Shown here piece after piece: positions 17,965 through 27,175 of a stretch of DNA of 32,000 bases. Source of the stretch: Mycobacterium tuberculosis H37Rv (lineage in GTDB: Bacteria; Actinomycetota; Actinomycetes; Mycobacteriales; Mycobacteriaceae); NCBI RefSeq assembly GCF_000195955.2, contig NC_000962.3, positions 3,450,001 to 3,482,000 of the forward strand, read 5' to 3'. Numbering within the stretch: position 1 is the stretch's first letter; the number at the start of each line of letters is the position of its first letter. Under the pieces are notes generated by a model. That model did no database searches. It was given only the letters and a program-made list of their open reading frames with translations, and was not told the origin of the DNA. A program made the position numbers and the translations under genes.

Positions 17965-17967
17965 TTC

Positions 17968-18334
17968 GGTGGAGCTGCCGGGAATCGAACCCGGGTCCTA
18001 CGGCATTCCCTCAAGGCTTCTCCGTGCGCAGTTCGCTATGCCTCTGCTCGGATCTCCCGGTCACGCGAACTAGCCGAGATGACGATCCCAGTCGCTGTGG
18101 TTGTCCCGAGGAGTCCCGCGACCGGACTCATCGGTGGATCCCTCTAGCTGATGCCAGGGTCCGGGCCGAGGGCGTTCCCGGTCTGACAGACTAGCCGTCG
18201 CTTAGGCAGCGAGAGCGTAGTCGCGCTGATGTGAATCGGCGCTTATTTGGTCGCAACGACGCTTACGGTGGTCTCTTGCCTGCACCGGCACGCTTCCCTT
18301 GATTCGATGCGCGAAGTCGAAACCGTTCAGCCCC
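17968..18334 (-). ncRNA. ssrA: tmRNA (SsrA)
   Basis: 5' GGGGCTGAACGGTTTCGAC and 3' GGGTTCGATTCCCGGCAGCTCCACC form a tRNA-Ala-like domain with G3:U. The internal tag ORF at 18202-18240 encodes ADSHQRDYALAA followed by a stop. Confidence 0.95.
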
Positions 18335-18367
18335 TCGCATCCCTGCCGACCTTCGGCAGGACCATCA

Positions 18368-18395
18368 ATCCTACGCCGCTCTCAACAACCGGCAA
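18368..18395 (-). promoter_or_regulatory. Candidate ssrA promoter
   Basis: The minus strand reads TTGCCG-16 nt-TAGGAT (TANNNT class), about 30 nt upstream of the mature 5' end. By-eye match only. Confidence 0.3.
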
Positions 18396-18412
18396 CGCCA
18401 TTAACTTCCCGG

Positions 18413-19264
18413 TCAGATCACGAAGTTCAGGCGCTCGAGGATGTGACCGGCCAGCTCCTTGTCGCCGCCGAGTTCCACATCCTGGCTGCGCGCCGGGCTC
18501 ATCGGGCGCCCGCCGGCGAGCCTGGTGAACTGCAGTCCGTCCAGGCGGATCGTCGCCGTCGGCGCCGGCCCACCGAAGTCGTCGACCACCCGCGCTCGAC
18601 CGTCCACGGAAACGCGGATGCTGCGAGACAGCGGGCCGGTCAGCTCCAACAGCACGCGGGAGCCGTCGGGCGCTTTGGCCAGCTTGCCGACGACGAACCC
18701 CATGGTGGCCGCTATCTCATCGAGGACCAGCGGTGACGCCGGCCCGCCGAGTTCGTCGTCGGACGACGGGCGCTGCACCGCCGCGCGGATGTCCTGTTCG
18801 TGCATCCAGCAGTCGAAGATGCGTATCCGCATGAACCGCCCGTAGCTGTCGGGGCCCGAGGGGGTGGTCGTCGGCGCATTCCATTCGTCATCGGAAAGGC
18901 TCGCTAAGACCTTGCGGCGCTGGCTAGTCACTGCGCGAAACCGCTCCAGCAAGCCCACACCCGATTCTGTGCCCAGATGACGCACCCAGCACTCGTTCAT
19001 CACGCCGATGGGGTTGCGGACATGCGCAAGCGCAGAGACGTCTGTGTCTGGTTCTGGTGCGGCGATGCCGAGCAGAAATGACTCGGTGCCGATGATGTGC
19101 GACACCACGGCCTTGACGTCCCAACCGGGCAGCGGACTCGTTGCCTGCCAGTCCGTCTCGAGCAGTCCATCGAGCAGCGCATCCAGGGAGTGCCAAACGG
19201 CGAACAGCCCGGCCAGCACGTCGGACTTGTCCAGTGTGGTAAGGGGACGGCCCGGTGTGGTCAC
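18413..19264 (-). CDS. DinB/MDMPI-N (mycothiol-dependent maleylpyruvate-isomerase-like) domain protein (Rv3099c-like)
   Basis: 283 aa, GTG start. The N-terminus LFAVWHSLDALLDGLLETDWQATSPLPGWDVKAVVSHIIGTE is typical of the actinobacterial DinB-like family. Confidence 0.7.
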   Translation of the reverse strand: MTTPGRPLTTLDKSDVLAGLFAVWHSLDALLDGLLETDWQATSPLPGWDVKAVVSHIIGTESFLLGIAAPEPDTDVSALAHVRNPIGVMNECWVRHLGTESGVGLLERFRAVTSQRRKVLASLSDDEWNAPTTTPSGPDSYGRFMRIRIFDCWMHEQDIRAAVQRPSSDDELGGPASPLVLDEIAATMGFVVGKLAKAPDGSRVLLELTGPLSRSIRVSVDGRARVVDDFGGPAPTATIRLDGLQFTRLAGGRPMSPARSQDVELGGDKELAGHILERLNFVI

Positions 19265-19300
19265 AAAGTGATGCTAAACCTCACATTGCCCAGTTCTCGA

Positions 19301-19783
19301 TCAGGTCATGCCCTTAGCGCGCCGACCCAACTCGCGGAGCACTTCACGCTGGGCATCACGACGGGCCATGTCCTGGCGTTTGTCGCGGGCTTGCTTGCCT
19401 CGGGCCAGCGCAAGCTCAACCTTGACCTTGCCTTCGGCGAAATACAGCGACAACGGCACCAGGGCGAAGTTGCCTTCGCGGATCTTGCCGACCAAGGTGT
19501 CGATCTGGCGGCGATGCAACAGCAGTTTGCGGTTGCGTCGCGGCTCGTGGTTGGTCCAGCTGCCGTGCCGGTATTCCGGGATGTGCGCGTTGCGCAGCCA
19601 CACTTCGCCGTCGTCGATGGTGGCGAACGAATCGGCCAGCGACGCCTGCCCTTCCCGCAGGCTCTTCACCTCCGTGCCTTGCAGCGCAACCCCGGCCTCG
19701 AACACCTCGATGATCGAATAGTTGTGCCGGGCTTTGCGATTGCTGGCAACGATCTGCCGGCCGCCACGCGACGACTTGGACAC
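19301..19783 (-). CDS. smpB: SsrA-binding protein SmpB
   Basis: The GTG at 19783 lies immediately after the ftsX stop. Contains IVASNRKARHNYSIIEVFEAGVALQGTEVKSLR... and a C-terminal basic tail. The track Met at 19861 overlaps ftsX. Confidence 0.92.
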   Translation of the reverse strand: MSKSSRGGRQIVASNRKARHNYSIIEVFEAGVALQGTEVKSLREGQASLADSFATIDDGEVWLRNAHIPEYRHGSWTNHEPRRNRKLLLHRRQIDTLVGKIREGNFALVPLSLYFAEGKVKVELALARGKQARDKRQDMARRDAQREVLRELGRRAKGMT

Positions 19784-19785
19784 AG

Positions 19786-20679
19786 CTATCGCCGCACGTA
19801 GAGGCGCAGCGTTAAGTAAGCCGTCAACCCCGACATCGCCACGCCCAACAGCAGCAGCCACGGCGTGATGAAGAGGATGTCCGCATAGTCAACCTTGGCA
19901 ATGAGATTGGCTTGATAAAACTGGTTGAGCGCATTCTCCAGGAACAAAGCCCGCACCACCATCAAGCCCGCTACGGCGATGCCGACACCCATCGTCGCGG
20001 CCAGCATCGCCTCCACTAGGAACGGCAGCTGGGTGTACCAGCGGCTGGCACCGACCAAGCGCATGATGCCGATTTCGGTGCGCCGCGTATAGGCAGCCAC
20101 TTGGACCATGTTGGCGATCAACAGAATCGCCCCGATGGCCTGAACCAGCGCGACCGCGAACGCGGCATTGCTCAAACCATCAAGGACCGCGAACAGCCGG
20201 TCAATCAGCTCCTTTTGATTCAGCACGTCCAAGACGCCGGGCTGCCCCTTCATAGCGGTGTCAAAGTCCTTGTGCTGCTCGGGGTTCTCCAGCTTGACAA
20301 TGAACGACGCCGGGAACGAATCCTTGCCCGCCACGTCCTTGAACTGGGGAAACTTGCGGATGGCATCGTCATAGGCCTGCTGGCGGTTAAGGAAACGCAC
20401 CGCTTTGACGTCGGATCGCGTTTCGATCTTCTCCCGTAACGCTTTGCACGCAGTGGTATCGCAGGACGAGTCGTTGGCGGAAACGTCTTCGGTGAGAAAG
20501 ACCTGAGATTCCACCCGGTCGAGATAGATGGCCCGGGAGCTGTCGGCCAACCGGACCACCAACATACCGCCGCCGAACAATCCGACCGAGATCGCGGTCG
20601 TCAGGATCATCGCGATCGTCATGGTGACATTGCGACGAAAGCCGGTCAGGACCTCATTTAGCAGGAAACCGAAACGCAC
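19786..20679 (-). CDS. ftsX: Cell-division ABC transporter permease FtsX
   Basis: 297 aa, GTG start. [17 protein letters not shown], four TM segments and a large extracellular loop. Confidence 0.92.
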   Translation of the reverse strand: MRFGFLLNEVLTGFRRNVTMTIAMILTTAISVGLFGGGMLVVRLADSSRAIYLDRVESQVFLTEDVSANDSSCDTTACKALREKIETRSDVKAVRFLNRQQAYDDAIRKFPQFKDVAGKDSFPASFIVKLENPEQHKDFDTAMKGQPGVLDVLNQKELIDRLFAVLDGLSNAAFAVALVQAIGAILLIANMVQVAAYTRRTEIGIMRLVGASRWYTQLPFLVEAMLAATMGVGIAVAGLMVVRALFLENALNQFYQANLIAKVDYADILFITPWLLLLGVAMSGLTAYLTLRLYVRR

Positions 20680-21369
20680 TTAGCGATCCATCCCGTAGAC
20701 GCCACGCTGTTCGTCGCGTACCAGCCTGCCCAGGGACAACTCAACCACCCGTTGGCGCATCGAGTCGACGATGTGGTGGTCGTGCGTGGCCATCAGCACC
20801 GTCGTGCCGGTGCGGTTGATCCGCTCCAATAAGTCCATGATGTCCCTACTGGTCTCCGGGTCGAGGTTTCCGGTGGGCTCGTCGGCCAGCAGTACCAGCG
20901 GCCGGTTGACAAAGGCGCGGGCGATCGCAACGCGCTGTTGCTCGCCGCCCGACAGCTCGTCTGGCAGCCGATTGGCCTTGCCGGACAGACCGACCGTCTC
21001 GAGCACTTCGGGGACCACCCGGTTGATCGCGTCGGTGCGTTTGCCGATGACCTCCAATGCGAAGGCGACGTTGTCGTACACCGTCTTCTGCTGCAGCAAC
21101 CGAAAGTCCTGGAAGACGCAGCCGATCACCTGACGCAGCTTCGGTACGTGGCGACCGCGGAGTTTGTTGACATGAAACTTCGAGACCCGGACATCACCAC
21201 TGGTCGGCGTCTCCGCTGCCAGCAGCAGCCGCATGAAGGTTGACTTGCCCGAACCCGACGGGCCGATCAGGAAGACGAACTCACCCTTGTCGATCTTGAC
21301 GTTGATGTCATCCAACGCCGGACGCGCCGACGATTTGTACTGCTTGGTGACATGGTCCAGGGTGATCAT
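20680..21369 (-). CDS. ftsE: Cell-division ABC ATPase FtsE
   Basis: [11 protein letters not shown] start. Walker [10 protein letters not shown], signature LSGGEQQR, Walker B LLADEPTG. The stop abuts the ftsX start. Confidence 0.93.
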
Positions 21370-21412
21370 CACGGCACGCCAGTGTAGCGGTGAGATTAGC
21401 GGGCAGGCGAAA

Positions 21413-21850
21413 TCAACGGGTCGGTGGCTCGGATTTGGGGTAGGTGCCGGCCGTCGGACCCGGCCCGGGCTGCGGTAGCGGTGCCGGTGGTGTTGGGGTC
21501 GTGGTGCCCGGGCCGAACGGCGGCGGCAACTCAAACGGCGGCGGGACAGCCGAATCGGTCGTGGTTTCGGGCGGGCTGACCGGCGGTGTGCTCGACGTGG
21601 TGGTCGGCGTCGCCTTGACGGTGGGTGGTTGCACTCTGGTTCGCGGCACCCAGGTGTAGTCAGGATCGGGCACGAAGCCCGGCGGCACCACCTGGGTCGG
21701 CGGAGAGTCACCAGGACCTGGTGCCTGTGGCCTATAGGTCTCGTAAATCCACCACACCGCCAGGAACGCGGCGATCAACACCAGGGTCGACGTGCGGATC
21801 CGGCCGAACAGATAGCCCGGCCAGTGCCGTTTCTGGTTGCTGAGCTTCAC
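21413..21850 (-). CDS. Membrane-anchored proline/threonine-rich protein (Rv3103c-like); start uncertain
   Basis: One TM helix ([15 protein letters not shown]) followed by a Pro/Thr-rich tail. GTG at 21850 sits 1 nt after the upstream stop. The alternative ATG at 21889 overlaps the MscS gene. Confidence 0.55.
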
Positions 21851-21851
21851 G

Positions 21852-22778
21852 CTACTGCTCCGGACTTTCTGCCACCGCGGCCCGCGCATCGGCCGCGGTG
21901 ACTATCCCGGCGCGGGTGAGCGCGCGGATCACCAGCACCCGCAACTGCCGGCCCGCCTCGAACTGCTTGCCGGGTAGGGTGCGGGCCACCAGTCGCAGGG
22001 TGACGGTGTCCACTTCGATGCGCTCCACGCCCATGACCGTGGGCTCATCCAACAACAGCTCTCCCAGCAGCGAGTCGTGGCGCGCGTGCTCACACTCCTG
22101 ATGCAAGACCTCGTTCACGCGGCCGAGATCGGCGCTGGTCGGGACGGGGATGTCCACGACCGCGCGGGCCCAGTCCTTGGACAGGTTGACCGACTTGACG
22201 ATGTTCCCGTTGGGAACGGTGAACACCTCACCCTCGCTGGAACGCAGCTTGGTCACCCGCAGCGTGACGTCCTCCACCGTGCCGGCCGCGTTCTCCGGTG
22301 ACCCCACCATGCTGAGTTCGACCAAATCGCCGAACCCGTACTGCTTCTCCACGATGATGAAGAACCCGGCGAGTAGGTCCTGCACCAGGCGTTGGGCACC
22401 GAAGCCCAGCGCGGCGCCGAGCACCGCCGCCGGCCCCACCAACGCACCGACCGGAACCGGCAACACATCGATGACCTCGTACACAACGACGACATAGATG
22501 AGGACGATCGACACCCACGAGATCACCGACGCTACGGCCTGGCGGTGCTTGGTTGCCTCCGAGCGCACCAACGCGTCGCTTTCGGTAAACCCCAGGTCGA
22601 GGCGCCGGGTCACCCGGTTGGCAAGCCAAGTCACGAAGCGGGCCGCCAGCACCGCTGCGATCAGCAGCATGACGATGCGCAGGCCCCGGTTGAGGATCCA
22701 GTCGCCGATTTCACCGCGCCAGAAGTTATGCCAGTGCTGTGCTATCGAGGTGGCCAGAACTGTGCCGCTAGTCGTCAT
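21852..22778 (-). CDS. MscS-family mechanosensitive channel (Rv3104c-like)
   Basis: 308 aa from the ATG at 22778. TM helices followed by [27 protein letters not shown] and a beta-domain ([17 protein letters not shown]). The start overlaps the prfB 3' end by 11 nt. Confidence 0.8.
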   Translation of the reverse strand: MTTSGTVLATSIAQHWHNFWRGEIGDWILNRGLRIVMLLIAAVLAARFVTWLANRVTRRLDLGFTESDALVRSEATKHRQAVASVISWVSIVLIYVVVVYEVIDVLPVPVGALVGPAAVLGAALGFGAQRLVQDLLAGFFIIVEKQYGFGDLVELSMVGSPENAAGTVEDVTLRVTKLRSSEGEVFTVPNGNIVKSVNLSKDWARAVVDIPVPTSADLGRVNEVLHQECEHARHDSLLGELLLDEPTVMGVERIEVDTVTLRLVARTLPGKQFEAGRQLRVLVIRALTRAGIVTAADARAAVAESPEQ

Positions 22779-23904
22779 TACGTCGATTGCGCCACCGGAT
22801 CCCGGCTTCCAGGAATCCGTCGAGGTCTCCATCCAGAACGGCCGCCGGATTGCCGACCTCGTACTCGGTGCGCAGATCCTTGACCATCTGATATGGGTGC
22901 AGCACATAGGAACGCATCTGGTTACCCCAGGAGCTGCCGCCGTCGGCCTTCAACGCGTCGAGCTCGGCGCGTTCTTCTAAGCGCTTGCGTTCCAACAACT
23001 TTGCTTGCAGAACCCGCATCGCCGCGATCTTGTTCTGCAGTTGGGACTTCTCGTTCTGGCAGGTGACCACGATACCGCTGGGAATGTGGGTGAGCCGCAC
23101 CGCTGAGTCTGTCGTGTTCACCGATTGCCCGCCGGGCCCGCTGGAGCGATAGACGTCGACGCGGACATCGCCCTCGGGGATGTCAATGTGGTCGGTGGTC
23201 TCCACCACCGGCAGCACTTCGACTTCGGCGAACGACGTCTGTCGCCGGCTCTGGTTGTCGAACGGGCTGATCCGCACCAGCCGGTGGGTGCCCTGTTCGA
23301 CCGACAACGTGCCGTAGGCGAACGGTGCGTGCACGGCGAACGTGGCGCTTTTGATGCCGGCTTCTTCGGCATAGGAGGTGTCGAACACCTCGACGGGGTA
23401 TTTGTGCTGCTCGGCCCAGCGGATATACATCCGCATCAGCATCTCGGCCCAGTCTGCGGCGTCCACCCCACCCGCGCCGGACCGGATGGTGACCAGCGCC
23501 TCACGCTCGTCGTATTCCCCCGACAGCAGGGTGCGCACCTCGGTGGCCTCGATGTCGGCGCGCAACGACTTGAGCTCCGCGTCGGCCTCGGCGACGGCAT
23601 CGGCGGCGGCCGCGCCCGCTTCCTCGGCGGCCAGCTCGTAGAGCACCGGCAGGTCGTCCAGGCGGCGCCTTAGCTCCTCGACGCGCCGCAGCTCTCCCTG
23701 GGTGTGCGACAACTCGCTGGTCACCCGCTGCGCCCGGGTCTGGTCGTCCCACAAGTGCGGATCAGATGCCTCATGCTCGAGCTTCTCGATGCGGCTGCGC
23801 AGACCCTCGACGTCGAGCACCCGCTCCACCGTGGTCAGGGTGCAGTCCAAGGCGGCGATGTCGGCTTGACGGTCGGGGTCCACAGCAGCCAAGGTTACCG
23901 GCAT
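22768..23904 (-). CDS. prfB: Peptide chain release factor 2
   Basis: 378-aa uninterrupted ORF containing SPF (RISPFDN) and GGQ (GPGGQSVN) motifs. Confidence 0.93.
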   Translation of the reverse strand: MPVTLAAVDPDRQADIAALDCTLTTVERVLDVEGLRSRIEKLEHEASDPHLWDDQTRAQRVTSELSHTQGELRRVEELRRRLDDLPVLYELAAEEAGAAAADAVAEADAELKSLRADIEATEVRTLLSGEYDEREALVTIRSGAGGVDAADWAEMLMRMYIRWAEQHKYPVEVFDTSYAEEAGIKSATFAVHAPFAYGTLSVEQGTHRLVRISPFDNQSRRQTSFAEVEVLPVVETTDHIDIPEGDVRVDVYRSSGPGGQSVNTTDSAVRLTHIPSGIVVTCQNEKSQLQNKIAAMRVLQAKLLERKRLEERAELDALKADGGSSWGNQMRSYVLHPYQMVKDLRTEYEVGNPAAVLDGDLDGFLEAGIRWRNRRNDD

Positions 23905-24006
23905 CAGCGTCTAGCATCAGATGACCGTCATGTGCACCGCACGACTGCGGCCCAGCCCATTCGCAGCCCCTTGCGCCGCAGCCGGGCACAACACAGAGGC
24001 TCGAGT

Positions 24007-25377
24007 ATGCGTCCCTATTACATCGCCATCGTGGGCTCCGGGCCGTCGGCGTTCTTCGCCGCGGCATCCTTGCTGAAGGCCGCCGACACGACCGAGGACC
24101 TCGACATGGCCGTCGACATGCTGGAGATGTTGCCGACTCCCTGGGGGCTGGTGCGCTCCGGGGTCGCGCCGGATCACCCCAAGATCAAGTCGATCAGCAA
24201 GCAATTCGAAAAGACGGCCGAGGACCCCCGCTTCCGCTTCTTCGGCAATGTGGTCGTCGGCGAACACGTCCAGCCCGGCGAGCTCTCCGAGCGCTACGAC
24301 GCCGTGATCTACGCCGTCGGCGCGCAGTCCGATCGCATGTTGAACATCCCCGGTGAGGACCTGCCGGGCAGTATCGCCGCCGTCGATTTCGTCGGCTGGT
24401 ACAACGCACATCCACACTTCGAGCAGGTATCACCCGATCTGTCGGGCGCCCGGGCCGTAGTTATCGGCAATGGAAACGTCGCGCTAGACGTGGCACGGAT
24501 TCTGCTCACCGATCCCGACGTGTTGGCACGCACCGATATCGCCGATCACGCTTTGGAATCGCTACGCCCACGCGGTATCCAGGAGGTGGTGATCGTCGGG
24601 CGCCGAGGTCCGCTGCAGGCCGCGTTCACCACGTTGGAGTTGCGCGAGCTGGCCGACCTCGACGGGGTTGACGTGGTGATCGATCCGGCGGAGCTGGACG
24701 GCATTACCGACGAGGACGCGGCCGCGGTGGGCAAGGTCTGCAAGCAGAACATCAAGGTGCTGCGTGGCTATGCGGACCGCGAACCCCGCCCGGGACACCG
24801 CCGCATGGTGTTCCGGTTCTTGACCTCTCCGATCGAGATCAAGGGCAAGCGCAAAGTGGAGCGGATCGTGCTGGGCCGCAACGAGCTGGTCTCCGACGGC
24901 AGCGGGCGAGTGGCGGCCAAGGACACCGGCGAGCGCGAGGAGCTGCCAGCTCAGCTGGTCGTGCGGTCGGTCGGCTACCGCGGGGTGCCCACGCCCGGGC
25001 TGCCGTTCGACGACCAGAGCGGGACCATCCCCAACGTCGGCGGCCGAATCAACGGCAGCCCCAACGAATACGTCGTCGGGTGGATCAAGCGCGGGCCGAC
25101 CGGGGTGATCGGGACCAACAAGAAGGACGCCCAAGACACCGTCGACACCTTGATCAAGAATCTTGGCAACGCCAAGGAGGGCGCCGAGTGCAAGAGCTTT
25201 CCGGAAGATCATGCCGACCAGGTGGCCGACTGGCTAGCAGCACGCCAGCCGAAGCTGGTCACGTCGGCCCACTGGCAGGTGATCGACGCTTTCGAGCGGG
25301 CCGCCGGCGAGCCGCACGGGCGTCCCCGGGTCAAGTTGGCCAGCCTGGCCGAGCTGTTGCGGATTGGGCTCGGCTGA
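24007..25377 (+). CDS. fprA: NADPH:ferredoxin (adrenodoxin-type) reductase FprA
   Basis: MRPYYIAIVGSGPSAFFAA FAD fold, second GNGNVALD NADP fold. 456 aa. The track ORF from 23704 is an extension. Confidence 0.92.
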   Translation: MRPYYIAIVGSGPSAFFAAASLLKAADTTEDLDMAVDMLEMLPTPWGLVRSGVAPDHPKIKSISKQFEKTAEDPRFRFFGNVVVGEHVQPGELSERYDAVIYAVGAQSDRMLNIPGEDLPGSIAAVDFVGWYNAHPHFEQVSPDLSGARAVVIGNGNVALDVARILLTDPDVLARTDIADHALESLRPRGIQEVVIVGRRGPLQAAFTTLELRELADLDGVDVVIDPAELDGITDEDAAAVGKVCKQNIKVLRGYADREPRPGHRRMVFRFLTSPIEIKGKRKVERIVLGRNELVSDGSGRVAAKDTGEREELPAQLVVRSVGYRGVPTPGLPFDDQSGTIPNVGGRINGSPNEYVVGWIKRGPTGVIGTNKKDAQDTVDTLIKNLGNAKEGAECKSFPEDHADQVADWLAARQPKLVTSAHWQVIDAFERAAGEPHGRPRVKLASLAELLRIGLG

Positions 25378-26961
25378 TCAGCGACCGAGCAACACCCCTG
25401 GGTTGAGGATCCCGGCCGGGTCGAGTGCGGACTTCGCCGCCCGCAGGGCCGCCGCGAACGGGTCGGGACGCTGCCGGTCATACCAAGCGCGGTGGTCGCG
25501 ACCGACCGCATGGTGGTGGGTGATGGTACCGCCACTGGCGCTGATCGCCTCGGACACGGCAGCCTTGATCTCGTCCCACTGCGCGTCGAGCGACCCCCAG
25601 CGCCCGCCGGCATAGATGCCGTAGTAAGGAGCCGGGCCGTCCGGGTAGACATGGGTGAATCGACAGGTCACTACTCCGGTCCCGCATACCTTCCAGATCG
25701 CGGTCCGAGCGGCATCGGTCACCGCGGCATGTAGAGTATCGAATCCGTCCCAGGTGCAAGCGGTTTCGAATGTTTCGGCGATAACTCCGCGGCGAACCAG
25801 CGCGTCTCGTTGATACGGCATGCGCAGAAACGCCGAGCGCCAGTTCGCGGCTGCGTTGTGTTCCGTTGCGTCGCTTGTAGTTCCGCGGCTACGTTGCGCG
25901 GTCACCGTGCCGCCGTGTTCGGCGGTGATCGCCACCGCCCGGTGCAGCCACGGGTCTATCGGGTGGTCGGCAGACTCGAACGCCAACACCAACAGCCCGC
26001 CACCAACGGACGTGCCGGCATTCAGCAACGCCTCGGCCGGATCCAACAGCCGGCAGTTGGCCGGGTACAGCCCCGCCTGAGCGATCGTCCGGGTCGCGGC
26101 GACCGCGGCGGCCCAGTCGTCAAACACCACGGACACCGTGACCTGCCATCGCGGACGGTGTTGCAGCCGCATCCACGCCTCGGTGATGATGCCAAGCGTC
26201 CCCTCGGACCCGAGGAACAACCGGTCCGGGGATGGTCCGGCACCGCTTCCGGGCAGCCGCCGGGACTCGCTGATCCCCACCGGGGTGACAATCCGCAGCG
26301 ATTCGGTCAAGTCGTCGATATGGGTATAGAGCGTGGCGAAGTGTCCGCCGGAGCGGGTGGCCAACCAGCCACCGAGAGTCGAGAAGCCGAAGGACTGCGG
26401 GAAATGGCGCAGTGTCAAATCGTGTGGGCGAAGCTGATGCTCGATCGAGGGGCCGAACGCACCCGCCTGGATGCGCGCGGCACGGCTGACACGGTCAATC
26501 TCAAGCACCGCGCTCATGGCAGTGACGTCGACCGTGACCACCGGCTCATCGAAGCGCGGCTCGACACCGCCAACCACCGAGCTGCCACCACCGTATGGGA
26601 TGACCGCAATCCCCTCGCGCGCACACCAATCCAGCACGTCGATCACGTCCTGCTCGCTGCGGGGTCGGGCGATGAGGTCGGGCAGGTGGTCGAGCTGGCC
26701 CTGCAGGTTGCGTGCGATGTCGCGATACGCTTTGCCGCGCGCGTGTCCGGCCCGATCGACGAGATCGCTTGAGCAGAGCGCGGCCAGCGATGCCGGCGGG
26801 CTGACCCGTGGGGCCGCCAAACCGAGCGCGGTCAGGTCCGGCGGCGGGTGGTCGCTCAGGTCATGGCCGGACACCAGTGCCGCGACTCGCGACTGTAGCG
26901 CTTGCGTCTCCTGATCGGAGAGCGCGTCCTCGACTGTGCCCCAACCCCACCACGAACGCAT
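25378..26961 (-). CDS. agpS: FAD-linked oxidase, alkyl-dihydroxyacetonephosphate-synthase-like (AgpS)
   Basis: 527-aa ORF with an FAD-binding PCMH-type region (VIPYGGGSSVVGG). Its stop is directly adjacent to the fprA stop. Confidence 0.85.
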   Translation of the reverse strand: MRSWWGWGTVEDALSDQETQALQSRVAALVSGHDLSDHPPPDLTALGLAAPRVSPPASLAALCSSDLVDRAGHARGKAYRDIARNLQGQLDHLPDLIARPRSEQDVIDVLDWCAREGIAVIPYGGGSSVVGGVEPRFDEPVVTVDVTAMSAVLEIDRVSRAARIQAGAFGPSIEHQLRPHDLTLRHFPQSFGFSTLGGWLATRSGGHFATLYTHIDDLTESLRIVTPVGISESRRLPGSGAGPSPDRLFLGSEGTLGIITEAWMRLQHRPRWQVTVSVVFDDWAAAVAATRTIAQAGLYPANCRLLDPAEALLNAGTSVGGGLLVLAFESADHPIDPWLHRAVAITAEHGGTVTAQRSRGTTSDATEHNAAANWRSAFLRMPYQRDALVRRGVIAETFETACTWDGFDTLHAAVTDAARTAIWKVCGTGVVTCRFTHVYPDGPAPYYGIYAGGRWGSLDAQWDEIKAAVSEAISASGGTITHHHAVGRDHRAWYDRQRPDPFAAALRAAKSALDPAGILNPGVLLGR

Positions 26962-26971
26962 GCTGATGGTG

Positions 26972-27175
26972 TCAGCGTTTGAGGACGATCATGGCTCCGC
27001 CGACGACCACCAGCACCAGGGCCGCGACGATAGCCCATCCAGCACCGGCTAGCCACCACATGACACCCAATGCGGCGAGTACCGGCGACAGCGCGAAGAA
27101 CACCATTACCGGGTGCTGCCTAATCACTGCGAGGGCACTGGTCGCCCGGACTCGATCGATTTCCTTGCCTGGCAT
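26972..27175 (-). CDS. Candidate small two-TM membrane protein upstream of agpS
   Basis: 67 aa: a polar N-terminus followed by two hydrophobic helices (VMVFFALSPVLAALGVMWWLAG / WAIVAALVLVVVGGAMIVL). About three quarters of codons end in G/C by my hand count. GAAGGG lies before the ATG, and the ORF ends 10 nt before the agpS start. Confidence 0.45.
   Translation of the reverse strand: MPGKEIDRVRATSALAVIRQHPVMVFFALSPVLAALGVMWWLAGAGWAIVAALVLVVVGGAMIVLKR

Noticed and set aside
21413-21711. Alternative reading of the Pro-rich region as an N-terminal extension of FtsE (343-aa track ORF)
   Set aside because: FtsE homologues begin at MITLDHV, immediately before Walker A. The extension is an Arg/Pro-rich frame of a Pro-codon-rich region in which several frames stay open.
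22768-23904. Programmed +1 frameshift site expected in many bacterial prfB genes
   Set aside because: The ORF is uninterrupted from start to stop (378 aa). I saw no early in-frame TGA or the CTT-TGA-C slippery context, so there is no frameshift in this copy.
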